Assembly: GCF_001194135.2 (NCBI RefSeq)
Contig: NC_068986.1
Span: 83,262,749-83,298,865, forward strand
Reading direction: 5' to 3'
Source of the DNA: Octopus bimaculoides
Taxonomy: Eukaryota
DNA: 36,117 bases
In this document: positions 21,341-32,967 of the stretch, piece by piece
Layout: every line of letters starts with the position of its first letter
How positions within the stretch are numbered: position 1 is the stretch's first letter
Program-made: the position numbers and the translations under genes
The notes under the pieces: model-generated
What the model saw: only the letters and a program-made list of their open reading frames with translations
Told to the model about the DNA's origin: nothing
Database searches by the model: none

Positions 21341-22891
21341 AACATCAAGAATTTTATTGCATTGATACTCTTATTTTCTCTGCTATAAACAATATTTTCA
21401 GGTAAGTTTAGAGGATAATTTTGAGAACAATACTGAGAAGATTGACTTGTTTTTGTTTATTTGTTATTAAGATTTTTTTTACTGAAAAATTTATACTCTA
21501 GATCAGTAGAATCTCATTAAAAAAAACAATTAAAATTGAAGAATCTCAATTCCTTTTACACAAAAAGAATATAAATCTGATGTTTTCTGTAGCAAAAAAT
21601 TTGTTTTATTACTTCCAGGATTGCTTGGTATTGACTGGAAGTAATTAACTGTATTAATCACAATTTGAAATATAGCAAAAATTAACCTAAAATAACATTA
21701 AAATAATACCTACAATAGCAGCAGCTTTAGTAAGTCTTCAATGCATTTTTTTCTTTAACTTACAATCAGCAACTAATTTTAAAAGTTTTTAAAGTAGACA
21801 ATTTGTTTTTGCTAAGGGAAAAGTGTTACAGGAGAATGTTTAACATAATAAATACTAATACAAAAGGACCTATGTATGTAATATAAGGGGTTGAAAGATT
21901 TTGTTCAACTGAGATTGAGCAAATTGTAGATATCCCTGCCCTTCTTGAGGTGTTTAAGATCTAAGAACAGGCAATGGAAATATCTTTAGTGTGGTCGGCT
22001 GATAGCAAGTTTTGGACAATATAAATAATGGAGATTAGAGAGGATCTGGTCTCTTGTGAACACAATTAGCTATGTTTTTATTTGTAAGCCACAAATATTT
22101 TATTTGCCTCATTCAAATTATTACATATCGTGTTCTATTAGAAGAAAAGAAAGTACATGAATATAATTGGCAACTTAGTGTTTGGTTATATTATAAATAA
22201 AGTATTCAAAAAATTAGTTACTTGAATTCAAATATCTAAAAAAAATTTTCTCTTGGTTTTAGTTGCAGCTATACTACATGTTGATATCTATTAGGTGATG
22301 GTTGGATGCACAACAATCCATCCTATGTAATGTTTATTAAGTACAGACTACCATCACCAAATGAATACCTCAATGGACACTGAGTAATTCCATTTACAGT
22401 TATAAACTTAGTTTAAGAGTGAAGTGAAATTTATCTCAAATTCCCACTGTAAATCCAGCAGATCATTAATATGTTAATGAACCCGAGCTGACTATAATGA
22501 AAGTAAAGGAATTAACAGATATTATTAGCAATAAAGCACAATCAAATTCGAAGACCTAATCTTCAATGATGTGATGAATAAAAGAAGAAAGGGAAAAAAA
22601 AATACTGCTAATTATTTAGTTCTCCGACTGTTTTCAATGTTGTGTTTGTGTGTGTGATACCTCTTTACAGTTAGATTTACTGAACTGGCAAGACTTCAGC
22701 ATTTTTCAGTAGATGATGTCTACAGATTTGATCAGGTCTGAAAAATTAGATAGCTTTTTCTTAATAATTTGTCTAATTTAGTTTCCTCATAAAAAATGCT
22801 GGTTATTTCAGTTATGAATGCTGCATACATACACATACACACATGTATATATACACACACACAGACAGACAGACACACACANNNNNNNNNN

Positions 22892-22945
<54 letters not shown>

Positions 22946-23820
22946 CACACATAATATTCATCCATCACAACATTACTGTAAGTAATGTAAAATCTATGGG
23001 TATTCATTTAGAGACATAATAATAGCTTTAAACTTTTTATTTAGACAAAAAGAATCATGCAACTCTGTTTGACATTTAATTATAACTAAGGAAAAAAAAC
23101 CTATGAAGGTCTGAAAGATAATTGTTGCTTGGTAAAAAAAAAATGAAATTAAAGATGTATGTGACTTGTTTTAATGTGAAGAATAATAAACTTTGCAAGA
23201 GAATGTAGGTAACTAATCTGTTTGTATAACATTGTCATTTGTATTTCTTTCACTGAGATTCAAATTCACCTAGTTAGATTCCCTGAATAATGAATATTGT
23301 ATATAAAAGCTACTTATTGTTGGTTCTTTTATAATGGTGGTTTCAACTACTTGATCCACTCTTATGGGTGCTCAGTTCTCTCTTCAATTCTCATCTTCAC
23401 CAACTCACCTTTAGGAGTATGTCCCAAATTTATTGTAATTACAGCATCATAGATTCACTTATCTATATGAATGTTTCTGTTTTAATTTAAAAGGTCATCT
23501 CCTGTTTTTCAGATCTGATCTACCTTTTGGTAAATGTAACGAGTTTGGTGGTGGTGGATTTCTGTTGGGGGAGGTGGGTTTTCACTTGACTTGTAACACA
23601 TTACAGTTCCAGTACTGTGAACTTCTAAATATCTTCAGATAAGAGTTTGTCACTATCTGTTTAACCACTGCGTGGCTCTTTTCAGTTTTCTAAATATCCT
23701 TGCAACATAAAATCTTGTACTGTTACTTATGCACTACTGCTGCTGCTATTATTCATTATTGATGTTATTTCTTCATAAGATCTCTATTAATAGAAATGAC
23801 CAGTTGCCATCTAGGGAAGG

Positions 23821-23857
23821 GGGTTCTGTCCTCAGCCAGTGATGTTGAGCAGAACTC
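23821..23857 (+). promoter_or_regulatory. IRE-like stem-loop, copy 3
   Basis: GGGTTCTGT-CC-TCAGC-[CAGTGAT]-GTTGA-GCAGAACTC. 9-bp lower stem, CC bulge, 5-bp upper stem. Confidence 0.5.
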
Positions 23858-24204
23858 ACTAGCTGTCTATTTTTTATATGCTGGCTTTCCCCAAGGAATT
23901 TTATTTTTTTGTATATATTTCTAAATCTAATGTGATATTATTATCAGTGTTATTTTCAATAACCTACAGTGTTGAAATGTTTGCTAATATGGTAAAGAAA
24001 TGTATTTAAAAGAAAAAAATGTAACATCTGCTAAAAGAATATTTACTAAAATATATAAAAGTGGCTCATGAGCTAATATTTCGTAAAATCTGTGTGTTTG
24101 GCCTGTCTGCTAGTAGGTTTATCATTGTTCATTTGATAGCATAGTTTTTGCTTCAAGCCTTACTCCATTTTATTATGTTTTGTTTCGTCTACTTTCATTA
24201 TTAT

Positions 24205-24395
24205 TAGTGGTGGATTGGCAGAATGCTTAATGTCAGAAAAGTGCTTTGCAATATATGCTATACATTCTGAGTTCAAATTCCACTGATGTCAACTTAACTC
24301 TTTCAGAGTTGATAAAATATAGTACTAGTCATATTCTGCAATTGATGGTATTCACTATGCCTGCTCTTGAAATTGCTGGTTTATACCTCAATTAG
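24205..24395 (+). mobile_element. Decayed SINE (same family as 5312-5420)
   Basis: GGTGGATTGGCAGAATGCTTA...ACATTCTGAGTTCAAATTCC...GTTGATAAAATATAGTACTAG...ATTAGAAATC. Confidence 0.5.
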
Positions 24396-24816
24396 AAATC
24401 TTTTTTTTTTTTAATTTATTTATATTCATCCACTGATATATGAATATTTATTCATAAATAGATGTATGCATAATTTTTGGGAATGATGAATCTTGAAGCA
24501 GATAAAGCTATGAATAATAGTGTGCAAATATCTGGTTAAAAAAATAGAATTGGATGGGGAAAAAAAATGTCAAAGGCTGTCTGTAGGATTTGATCCCACA
24601 TCTGTAAGCATGACTGGAATTCAACCATTGACAAAAGCAATCCTTTGAATTTCTTGATCCATTTTAGAAATTTAGCAATGAGAATTGTTTGTAGTTGACA
24701 TCAAAAGAATTTAGAACCTTCGAGAATGTGAAACATGTTTATTTATAAATAGTTACAAGTGTAGTTATTCATAGATAGGGATATGTATGTATATAGGTAT
24801 GTGTATTATCTCTCTC

Positions 24817-26047
24817 ATATATATGTCAAACACACATATACAAGGTGTGTGTTGTTAGTTTGTCGGGTGGCTGCATATAATCTCAATGCCCTTGGTGTTA
24901 AAACACCCGATAGCGAGTCATAGCCAAGTGAGACAACTCACAGCGACAAACATTGATGTTTCATCATTATTGTGACTTGTTAATGCCATGTACCAAGCAA
25001 GAGATCTGCAGTGAGCTGTCTATGACTATATGCTAAATGGTTCAAGAACCATCTGCTGGCATGTCCCAACATGTCATGCCATAAAAAAAATTAGAGTATG
25101 AATTAGAAGTAGCTTCAAGTACATAAACAAAGTTGAACACACACACAGGTGTGTGTGTTAGTTTGTTGGGCAGCTGCGTTTTTTAAATATAAGAATATAA
25201 TCTCAGTACCCTTGGTGTAAAAATACCTGAAAGCAAGTCAACCAAGTGAGACAACTCTCATCAGATCCCCTTTTTTTTTCACAGCGAAAGACATCGATGT
25301 TTTGCCATTGTTGTGATTTGTCAATGCCATGTACTGAGCAAGAGGTCTGCTGTGAGCTAACTGGCTATGATTATATGCTAAGTGTTGGGACATGCCAGCA
25401 GATGGTTCTTAAAAATCATTTAGCATATAGTCATAGCTGGTTAGACAGCTCACAGCAGACCTCTTGATGAGTACACAGCTTTAACAAGTCACAACAATGA
25501 TGAAACTTTGCTGTCTGTCACTGCGAAAAGAGAAAAAAAAAGGATCTGATGTGAGATGTTTCACTTGGCTATGGCCTACTTTCAGGTGATTTTACACCAA
25601 GGGCGTTGAGATTATATTCCTTACACTTCAAAAAATGCCGCCCAACAAACTAACAACACTCGAACCTTGTGTATATGTTTGACTTTATATACCTTGAGCT
25701 GCTTCTAATTCATATTTTAATTTATTTGGGACATGCCAGCAGATGGTTCTTAAACCATTTAGCATACAGTCATAGACAGCTCACAGCAGACGTGTTGCTT
25801 GATACATGACAATGACTAAACATCAATATCTGTCGCTGTGGAAAAAAGGGATCTGTTGAGAGTTGTTTCACTTGGCTATGGCCTGCTTTCGGGTATTTTT
25901 GCACCAAGGGCATTGAGATTATATTCTCTTATGCCTTAAAAAAAAAAAAAAATGCAGCTGCCCAACAAACTAACAACACACACACACACCTCATGTATGT
26001 GTGTTCGACTTTGTTTATATACTTCAAGCTGCTCGTAATTCATATTT
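24817..26047. repeat. Palindromic tetramer of a ~300-bp unit (two forward copies then two reverse copies)
   Basis: Units at ~24817-25071 (+), ~25088-25381 (+), ~25383-25723 (-) and ~25725-26047 (-). Shared blocks include TGTTAGTTTGTTGGGCAGC, ATATAATCTCAATGCCCTTGGTG, AGCCAAGTGAGACAAC and AACCATCTGCTGGCATGTCCCAA, or their reverse complements. Confidence 0.9.
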
Positions 26048-26671
26048 GCTCATAATTCATAAAGCTGTAAATTAGTTGAATTCTAGTGTAATTCAAAATA
26101 TGTGAAATAATAATTTGTTATCACATTTTAAAAACATCTAGTCCTAATAGGGAATGGTAATTTTAAAATTTCTTGCATAAAACAATAACCTTGAGATATT
26201 ATATACTTACAATATAGAAATCTACTCTGACATTTGTTACTAAGCTTATGTAAACCTGATGCTTGTAATTAAAATTACTGTTTAAAGATTTTTCATGAAT
26301 TTTATGTAACTTTTTTGTGTTGAACTTATTTTTCCAGTTTACCTCTAGGTAAAAATGTTTATAAAATGTTCATTGACTTCTGAATTTTTACTAATTACAC
26401 CGTTTTCATTTTGATTTTGAAATTTTTCTTTTCTGTTGAGATAACTTAGAAATGTACACATTCTTTTTTTTTTTTTTTTTTTTTTTTGTGTAATTTTATA
26501 TAGATTCTTTGTGTTTTTGGTTTTTTTCTTGTCTTTTAGATTCAAAACAACTTTAGCATATTTGATGCAATGTGTTTTAATTTCATTTCTAATTGCTAAA
26601 ATTTTTACATGTTAATATTTTTTAAATTTCACTTTTGAAATTATTTTCCTGGATAAATTCCTGTTTTATTA

Positions 26672-26710
26672 TGGCATCAGTGCGTCAACCAGTGAGTTGA
26701 GCAGATGACA
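26672..26710 (+). promoter_or_regulatory. IRE-like stem-loop, copy 4
   Basis: TGGCATC-AG-TGC-G-TCAAC-[CAGTGA]-GTTGA-GCA-GATGACA. Perfect 5-bp upper stem, canonical 6-nt loop, but the single bulge is G rather than C. Confidence 0.5.
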
Positions 26711-27976
26711 ATTTTTCTGTTATCTTGGTAACATCGTATTATCCAGTGACCAACTCTATTTAGTTTTCATTCATCACCAACTTAACCATAATTTCTAATT
26801 TCTCCTTGAAATGTTTTTTAATGATTGATCTAAACATTGTGAGGAAAATGTATTATTTTTATTTATTTATTTTTGAAGCCTTAATTTATTTTGTCATAAT
26901 GTTCTTTGATGCTCCCCTTTTATTTAGATGCTATAGAGTTTTTACTTTTATGTAAATCTTATTTTTTCAAAGCACCATAAACTAACTGGATTGTATAGAC
27001 ATCACTTGGTGGTTTAGTCACCAAGTAACCAACTCTAGACAGATCAGGATGGCAACTCAATACAAGCTTATGTTAGTCTATTTGGCAAATACTAGACAAC
27101 TCCAAGGATAATTAGGTTTTATTAGGCAACACTATACAAGCCAAAGTAGTGATGAATTGCTATAGAGTTGTACAATACCATATGAGTGGGTGAGAGATTT
27201 ATCATATTAAAAAAGTCATTGAAGTTAATTTCTTAGAGATGCCATCCACATGAAAAGCAATAGTTAATTTAGTGTTAGATATGTATAATGTATCATGCGT
27301 TAAAATCCTAATTGGAAATATTTATGCGGTGGTGGTTTTGCATCATGCGCAACTGGAATATTGTTACATTTATGTAACAATAAGTAAGCTGTGAAATCTA
27401 TGCTCTGTTTTGGAAGTCTAATAAGGATTAATATATGACTAGAGCTGTTTGTGTTACGCAACAAATATAGTCAATTTTGGCCAACACCAGAAACAACTTC
27501 AAACTTTTATGAAGGCGGTTACAAGCCATAGCTGCTTGTCAGGCACTCCATTTGATTTAACCCAGTTCATCTCTGTATAAATATTCCTTTAAAAAAATTG
27601 TATCTTATCTTAGTTTAAAGTATTCTATACATAAATTAAATACCAGCAGCTTATATAGTGTTAAATAGCAAGAATAATACAATGAACCTGATAGAGAAAA
27701 TGAATATCTATTTAGTGTATTATTGATTATAAATACAAACTTATTTATGTCATACATATTAAGGTTTTATAATTTATTAGGAATGCAAAATGAAAAAAAA
27801 TTAGTTGGGGGAATGGTATGCATAAGACAATTTAATTTTGTATATTCTTGAATTTAATTAAATAAACTCATTTAATGTGGTTTGAAAGTTTCTGCAATCC
27901 AGTATGGTTATTGAAAAATTTTAAAGAATATTTAAGTTACTGTTGGTCATTGGATACATAAACGCCATTGTAAACG

Positions 27977-28013
27977 GGTTTCTGTCCTCAGCCAGGGAAG
28001 TTGAACAGAGCTC
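27977..28013 (+). promoter_or_regulatory. IRE-like stem-loop, copy 5
   Basis: GGTTTCTGT-CC-TCAGC-[CAGGGAA]-GTTGA-ACAGAGCTC. Clear paralog of copy 3. Confidence 0.45.
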
Positions 28014-28487
28014 ATTATTTGATCTGATTTTATTCAGAATAAATTATAACAAAAAGAGATATACAGAAAGACCCATATATTTTGATACAGAATTTTATCC
28101 CAAATTGTTATGTATTTATTTTCATCCCAATTTTGTCTTTACTTTAAAAATAAAGTGATAAGAAAAAAAAAATTTGTTTTGTTTTAAGTATTTGGAATCC
28201 AAGAGATGTAACCCAAATCTATTTTCAAAGATAATTTCTGTCATCATGCATTCATTTTAACATTCACTTTATTTTGCTTGCATGGGTCTAATAGAATTCC
28301 TTGTGGCAGATTTTTCTCTGGCCAGAGGGTCTTCCAGCCCCACAGCTCTCATCTGCTTCCAAGCATGGTAGATATATATATGGCCAGATCTGTTTCTACG
28401 GAAGATTGGAAATGATGCTATTTGTATGCCTGACTCATTTACAACTACTGCATGATGTGAAGACAAGGTGATACATACACACACATA

Positions 28488-29067
28488 CGAAGTCTGATCA
28501 ATAAGTATCCAGACTGTTGCCATAGTAATGCAGATGAAGCACAGCAGAGTGAAGCTGCTTGGCAAAAATTGATCTTGCACTCTGCTGTGCATGCACACTC
28601 AGCTTTAACATTCTCACTTCACTGTTTACAGCAATGCTTGGAAGGAAAGTGTATAGCATGTGATTGTTGCATTAACCATGACAGAATCTGCATCAAATTT
28701 TGCCAAAAGCTTGGAGATACTAACTCAGAGGCCTATGCAAAGTTGCAGAAAGTGTATGGAGAGGAGTGTATGAGCCTGAAAAATGTGGATATTGACAAGC
28801 ATTCTGGGATACCTGCAACCAGCAGAACTGAGAAAAACATTGCAGATGTGCAAGCAGCTATAAGGAGAAATTTTCAAATCACCATGCATGAATTATCTGA
28901 GTATGTGTAGATTAGTTACGGTTCAGTTCTGTACATTATCACTGGAGATTTGGGTATGAGACGTATGTCTGGCAAGCTTATGCCAAAACTGCTATTAGCT
29001 GACCAAAAAGACAATCGGGTTTCAGTTGCACAAGATCTCCTGGATTGTGTTGAGAATGATGAAAACT
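28488..29067 (+). mobile_element. Mariner (Tc1/mariner) 5' remnant with N-terminal transposase
   Basis: TA|CGAAGTCTGATCAATAAGT TIR-like start. Translation RICIKFCQKLGDTNSEAYAKLQKVYGEECMS...SGIPATSRTEKNI...ITMHELSEYV*ISYGSV...DLGMRRMSGKLMPKLL..DQKDNRV matches the mariner DNA-binding domain and WVP-linker region. Confidence 0.85.
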
Positions 29068-29160
29068 CTGTGTAGACTTCAGAGCAGGTATCACCAAGAT
29101 TTTGGCAAAGTTTGATGCAAATCCCATTCCTATTACGTATGATAGTTTCAAATTTCCTCA
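29068..29160 (-). mobile_element. Inverted second copy of the mariner N-terminal coding segment
   Basis: Minus strand NGICIKLCQNLGDTCSEVYT mirrors RICIKFCQKLGDTNSEAYA at ~28685-28745. Confidence 0.75.
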
Positions 29161-29384
29161 TGGCTCCTTTGTATACTTTGTATATAGCAGTAGTAGACTT
29201 TGTATACAGCAGTAGTAGCGGTAGTCATGGAACATCATTGAAGAGCAAGTTATAGAACACCACTGAAAGGACTAAGATAATAGGGAAGGCCAACTCATGG
29301 TATGATAGCCACAAATACCAGAGTGTCATGTTCGTAGGGCATTAAAAAGTTGTGGTCCCTTGAACCTCAAGCTTTTACAATATT

Positions 29385-29640
29385 GGGTTTATATTGTCAA
29401 CGGAGAAGATAGTACCTTTCGTACTGTGCAGTGCCATCCAGTTCGGGGATTGTTGTAGCTTTCGATTCCGAAATTTGGAGTTAGACCCACCATTATTTGC
29501 CATATGTATAGCACTGCAGATCTCTCACATCTCCTTTCCAGGGAGTAGAGTCCCAGTTCCTTTAACTTCTCCCAGTAGCCCATATATTTTACTGACTCTA
29601 TCTTTGTGTAGTGTTGCTAGATTGCCTCTAGTTTTACTCT
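29385..29640 (-). mobile_element. CR1/L2-clade LINE C-terminal fragment
   Basis: MGYWEKLKELGLYSLERRCERSAVLYIWQIMVGL matches the post-RT 'Y.ERL..L.L.SLE.RR.R' motif of CR1-group LINEs. Confidence 0.75.
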
Positions 29641-29705
29641 CTCTGATGACCACACACACACATGTATATATATGCACACATATATACATACACACACACA
29701 CACAC

Positions 29706-32700
29706 AGATATATGCTCCTCAACCGGGGCTACCGGATGGGCTGAAAGACCAATTCTATGACACCCTCTTGCAAACTACCTCGTTGATGAGTCACAGGGAC
29801 CTTCTCTTTGTGGCTGGTGACTTCAATGTTCATGTCGGACGTCGTGCTGGAGGCTATGGCTTCGGTTCCCGCAACGAGGAGGGAACCAGACTGCTGGAGT
29901 TCTGTGATGCAACCGATCTTATGGTTTGCAATACCAACTTCAGGAAACCTGCCTGTCATCTAGTCACCTACCGATCCGGCAGACACTCTAGGCAAATCGA
30001 CTACATCCTCGCCAGAAATAGGGAAAGAGGGCGGCTTATAAATGCCAAAACCTTCTCTGGCGAAGAATGTACCCCTCAACACAGATTAGTAGTAAGCGAC
30101 TTCAGGATCAAGGCAAAATGGGTGCCCAGAAGTAGACCAGCTTGGAAGAGAAGGGTGTGGAAGCTTAAAGACCCTGCAAATGGACGAAGATTTAGAGACA
30201 TGTTACTCAAAGCATTTGACGAAATAGAAGGGGATATAGCATCATATAACGTGGAAGACAATTGGAGATTTCTGCGGGACAACCTGCTGAGAGCCACCAA
30301 CCAGATCTGTGGCTGGTGTAAAGTCCCCTCTCGACCCAGAGTAATGTGGTGGTGGAACAAGGAGGTAGACAGGGCTATTAGACAAAAGAAACAGGCTTGG
30401 AAGGACTGGCAGAACGGTGGTAGCAGGGAATTGTACCAATCTGCCAGAAAGGAAGCTAGGCGACAGGTTTATTTAGCCAGAGGGGAAGCAGATAAAAGAT
30501 TTGCCAATGTCCTGCGCCGTGAGGACCAAAGACATGAGATATTTCGTGTTGCAAGACAGTGTAGGAGAGAGAATAGTGATGTCGTAGGAGAGAAATGTGT
30601 TCACATGGATGATGGTACGCTTGCACTAAATGAGGCTGCAAACAAAGAGGTCTGGAGATGCCACTACAATAGATTGCTCAATAAAGAGAATGAATAGGAG
30701 AAAGAGAGTCTGCCATATGTTGACCCAACAGAGGGACTAGCTATCCGAGGTGACAGTACCATGGTAGATAAAGCAATTAAGAGTATGAAGACAGGGAAAG
30801 CCCCCGGCCCATCAGGAATCACTGCAGAGATGCTCAAAATATCTGGCAGTGTCAGCTATAGCCTAGCCACCCATATTACGAACCAGGTGATACACGAAGG
30901 AGTCATACCCAATGACTGGTGTAGCAGCATCATAGTCAACTGCTACAAAGGTAAAGGTGACGCTTTAGATACAAATAATTACAGAGGCATCAAGCTGTTA
31001 GATCAGGTTATGAGTTACGGAGAGGGTCATAGCCCAACTANNNNNNNNNNNNNNNNNNNNNNNNNNNNNNNNNNNNNNNNNNNNNNNNNNNNNNNNNNNN
31101 NNNNNNNNNNNNNNNNNNNNNNNNNNNNNNNNNNNNNNNNNNNNNNNNNNNNNNNNNNNNNNNNNNNNNNNNNNNNNNNNNNNNNNNNNNNNNNNNNNNN
31201 NNNNNNNNNNNNNNNNNNNNNNNNNNNNNNNNNNNNNNNNNNNNNNNNNNNNNNNNNNNNNNNNNNNNNNNNNNNNNNNNNNNNNNNNNNNNNNNNNNNN
31301 NNNNNNNNNNNNNNNNNNNNNNNNNNNNNNNNNNNNNNNNNNNNNNNNNNNNNNNNNNNNNNNNNNNNNNNNNNNNNNNNNNNNNNNNNNNNCTCTATGC
31401 TGATGACCTTGCACTAATTGCGGAGTCACTATCAGAACTAGAGGAGAAGTTTCAGGTGTGGAAGCAAGGACTAGAATCGAAGGACCTTAGAGTCAACTTA
31501 GCTAAAACCAAAATCCTGATAAGTAGGAAGGTAGAAAAAACACAAACCCCTTCAGGTAGATGGCCCTGCTCAGTATGTAGAAAAGGTGTAGGTAGTAACT
31601 CTATAAGATGTACCAAGTGCAAGCTATGGACACATAAGAGGTGCAGCAATATCAAAGGCAGGTTAACTAGGAAGTTAGCTTTTGTATGTGGCAGATGTTC
31701 AGGTGCAATAAACACTGTAAGCAAACAGGAAACAACTGTCTCATTCCAGGGAGAAAAACTAGAGGTAGTTGATAGCTTCTGCTATTTGGGTGACCAAGTT
31801 AGTAGTGGGGGTGGGTGCACTGAAAGTGTAGCTGCTAGAATAATAATAGCCTGGGCAAAGTTTAGAGAGCTCTTACCTCTGCTGGCGACAAAGGGACTCT
31901 CACTCAGGGTAAAAGGCAGACTGTATGATGCAGGTGTACTAACAGCCATGCTACATGGCAGTGAAACATGGGCTGTGACTGCTGAGGACATGTGTAAGCT
32001 CGCAAGGAATGAAGCCAGTATGCTCCGATGGATGAGTAATGTCAGTGTGCATATACCACTGAGTGTAAATGATTTAAGAGAAAACTGGTTATAAGAGGCA
32101 TTAGTTGTAGTGTGCAAGAGAGAAGACTGTTGGTATCATCATAGAATTTGTAGAGATAAGGTTAGCTATATAAAGAAGTACTGATTTCTAATTGTGGAGG
32201 TAATCTTTTGAATGGGGTAGACCCCAGGAAGACATGGGACAAAGTGGTGAAAAATGAACTTCACAGAGGAGATGACAAGGGACTGAAGCAGGCAATTTGC
32301 TGTGCTTGAGAAGACATGTCAAGCTAAGTAAAATCATGGCCATTCATACATACAGACATGTCCTTTTTGGCCATACTTCCACCTCCCCTGGCACACACAC
32401 ATAATTTGGTCCTCCGGCAAAACACCTCCACCACCCACTAGGCCCCCACTCTCCCTCACACGCCTCTACATATCCACATATATCCCCTTCCCAACCACTC
32501 CAATTCCTCTCATCATCACTTGCTATCTCTATCTCCCTTCACACTCTTATGGAATATCTCCTCTATTCCCTCTATACTACTTATATCCCCCTCCACTGTT
32601 CCCTGTGAGCAGGCCCTCTCTCCTACTCTGACTTGTCTCTATCTAACTCTCTCCTTCCTTGTCCAACTGGGGTAGCCAAGTATCTCCTCTGTAGTAAGAT

Positions 32701-32967
32701 GGCTACCCCTGTCCCTCCATCATACTCCAACCTCTCACCTGGCACATGGCCACTTCTCTTGGTTCCTCTCCCTCTCTCTCTTAGCTGATTAGTCCTTGTC
32801 TTGCAAGCTACTTGGCCACCATACGAATGCTAATGTCAGTGGTTGGCATAAGGAAACCATACCGAAAGAGACAATTGGAGCCTGGCCTAGCCCTCTGGTT
32901 TGTCAGCACTTGTCAAACAGTTTAACCCATGCCAACATGGAAAATAGATGTTAAGTGATGATGATGA
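29706..32967 (+). mobile_element. Long 5'-truncated RTE LINE: APE endonuclease, RT, pyrimidine-rich 3' UTR and (TGA)n tail; inactivated
   Basis: IYAPQ...AGDFNVHVG...IDYIL...QHRLVV (APE); GKAPGPSGI, NNYRGIKLL, YADDLAL, FCYLGD, HGSETW (RT). In-frame TAG at 30695-30697, a frameshift near 31012 and a gap at 31041-31392. Tail ...AACCCATGCCAACATGGAAAATAGATGTTAAGTGATGATGATGA. Confidence 0.95.

Larger units (their letters stand above)
2906..31392. other. Assembly gaps (N runs)
   Basis: N at 2906-3136, 12712-12811, 13493-14144, 15456-16171, 17458-18365, 22882-22891 and 31041-31392. Confidence 0.99.

Noticed and set aside
27970-27990. Similarity of AAACGGGTTTCTGTC to the U11 snRNA 5' end
   Set aside because: The match is limited to ~15 nt, and the downstream sequence lacks U11 stems and a properly placed Sm site.
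21001-28013. The stem-loop family as CRISPR repeats, SECIS elements or canonical H/ACA 3' hairpins
   Set aside because: Eukaryotic context with irregular kilobase spacing rules out CRISPR. There is no SECIS GA quartet with a 10-12 bp helix. ACA follows copies 2 and 4, but only ~7 nt from the upper stem rather than 14-16.
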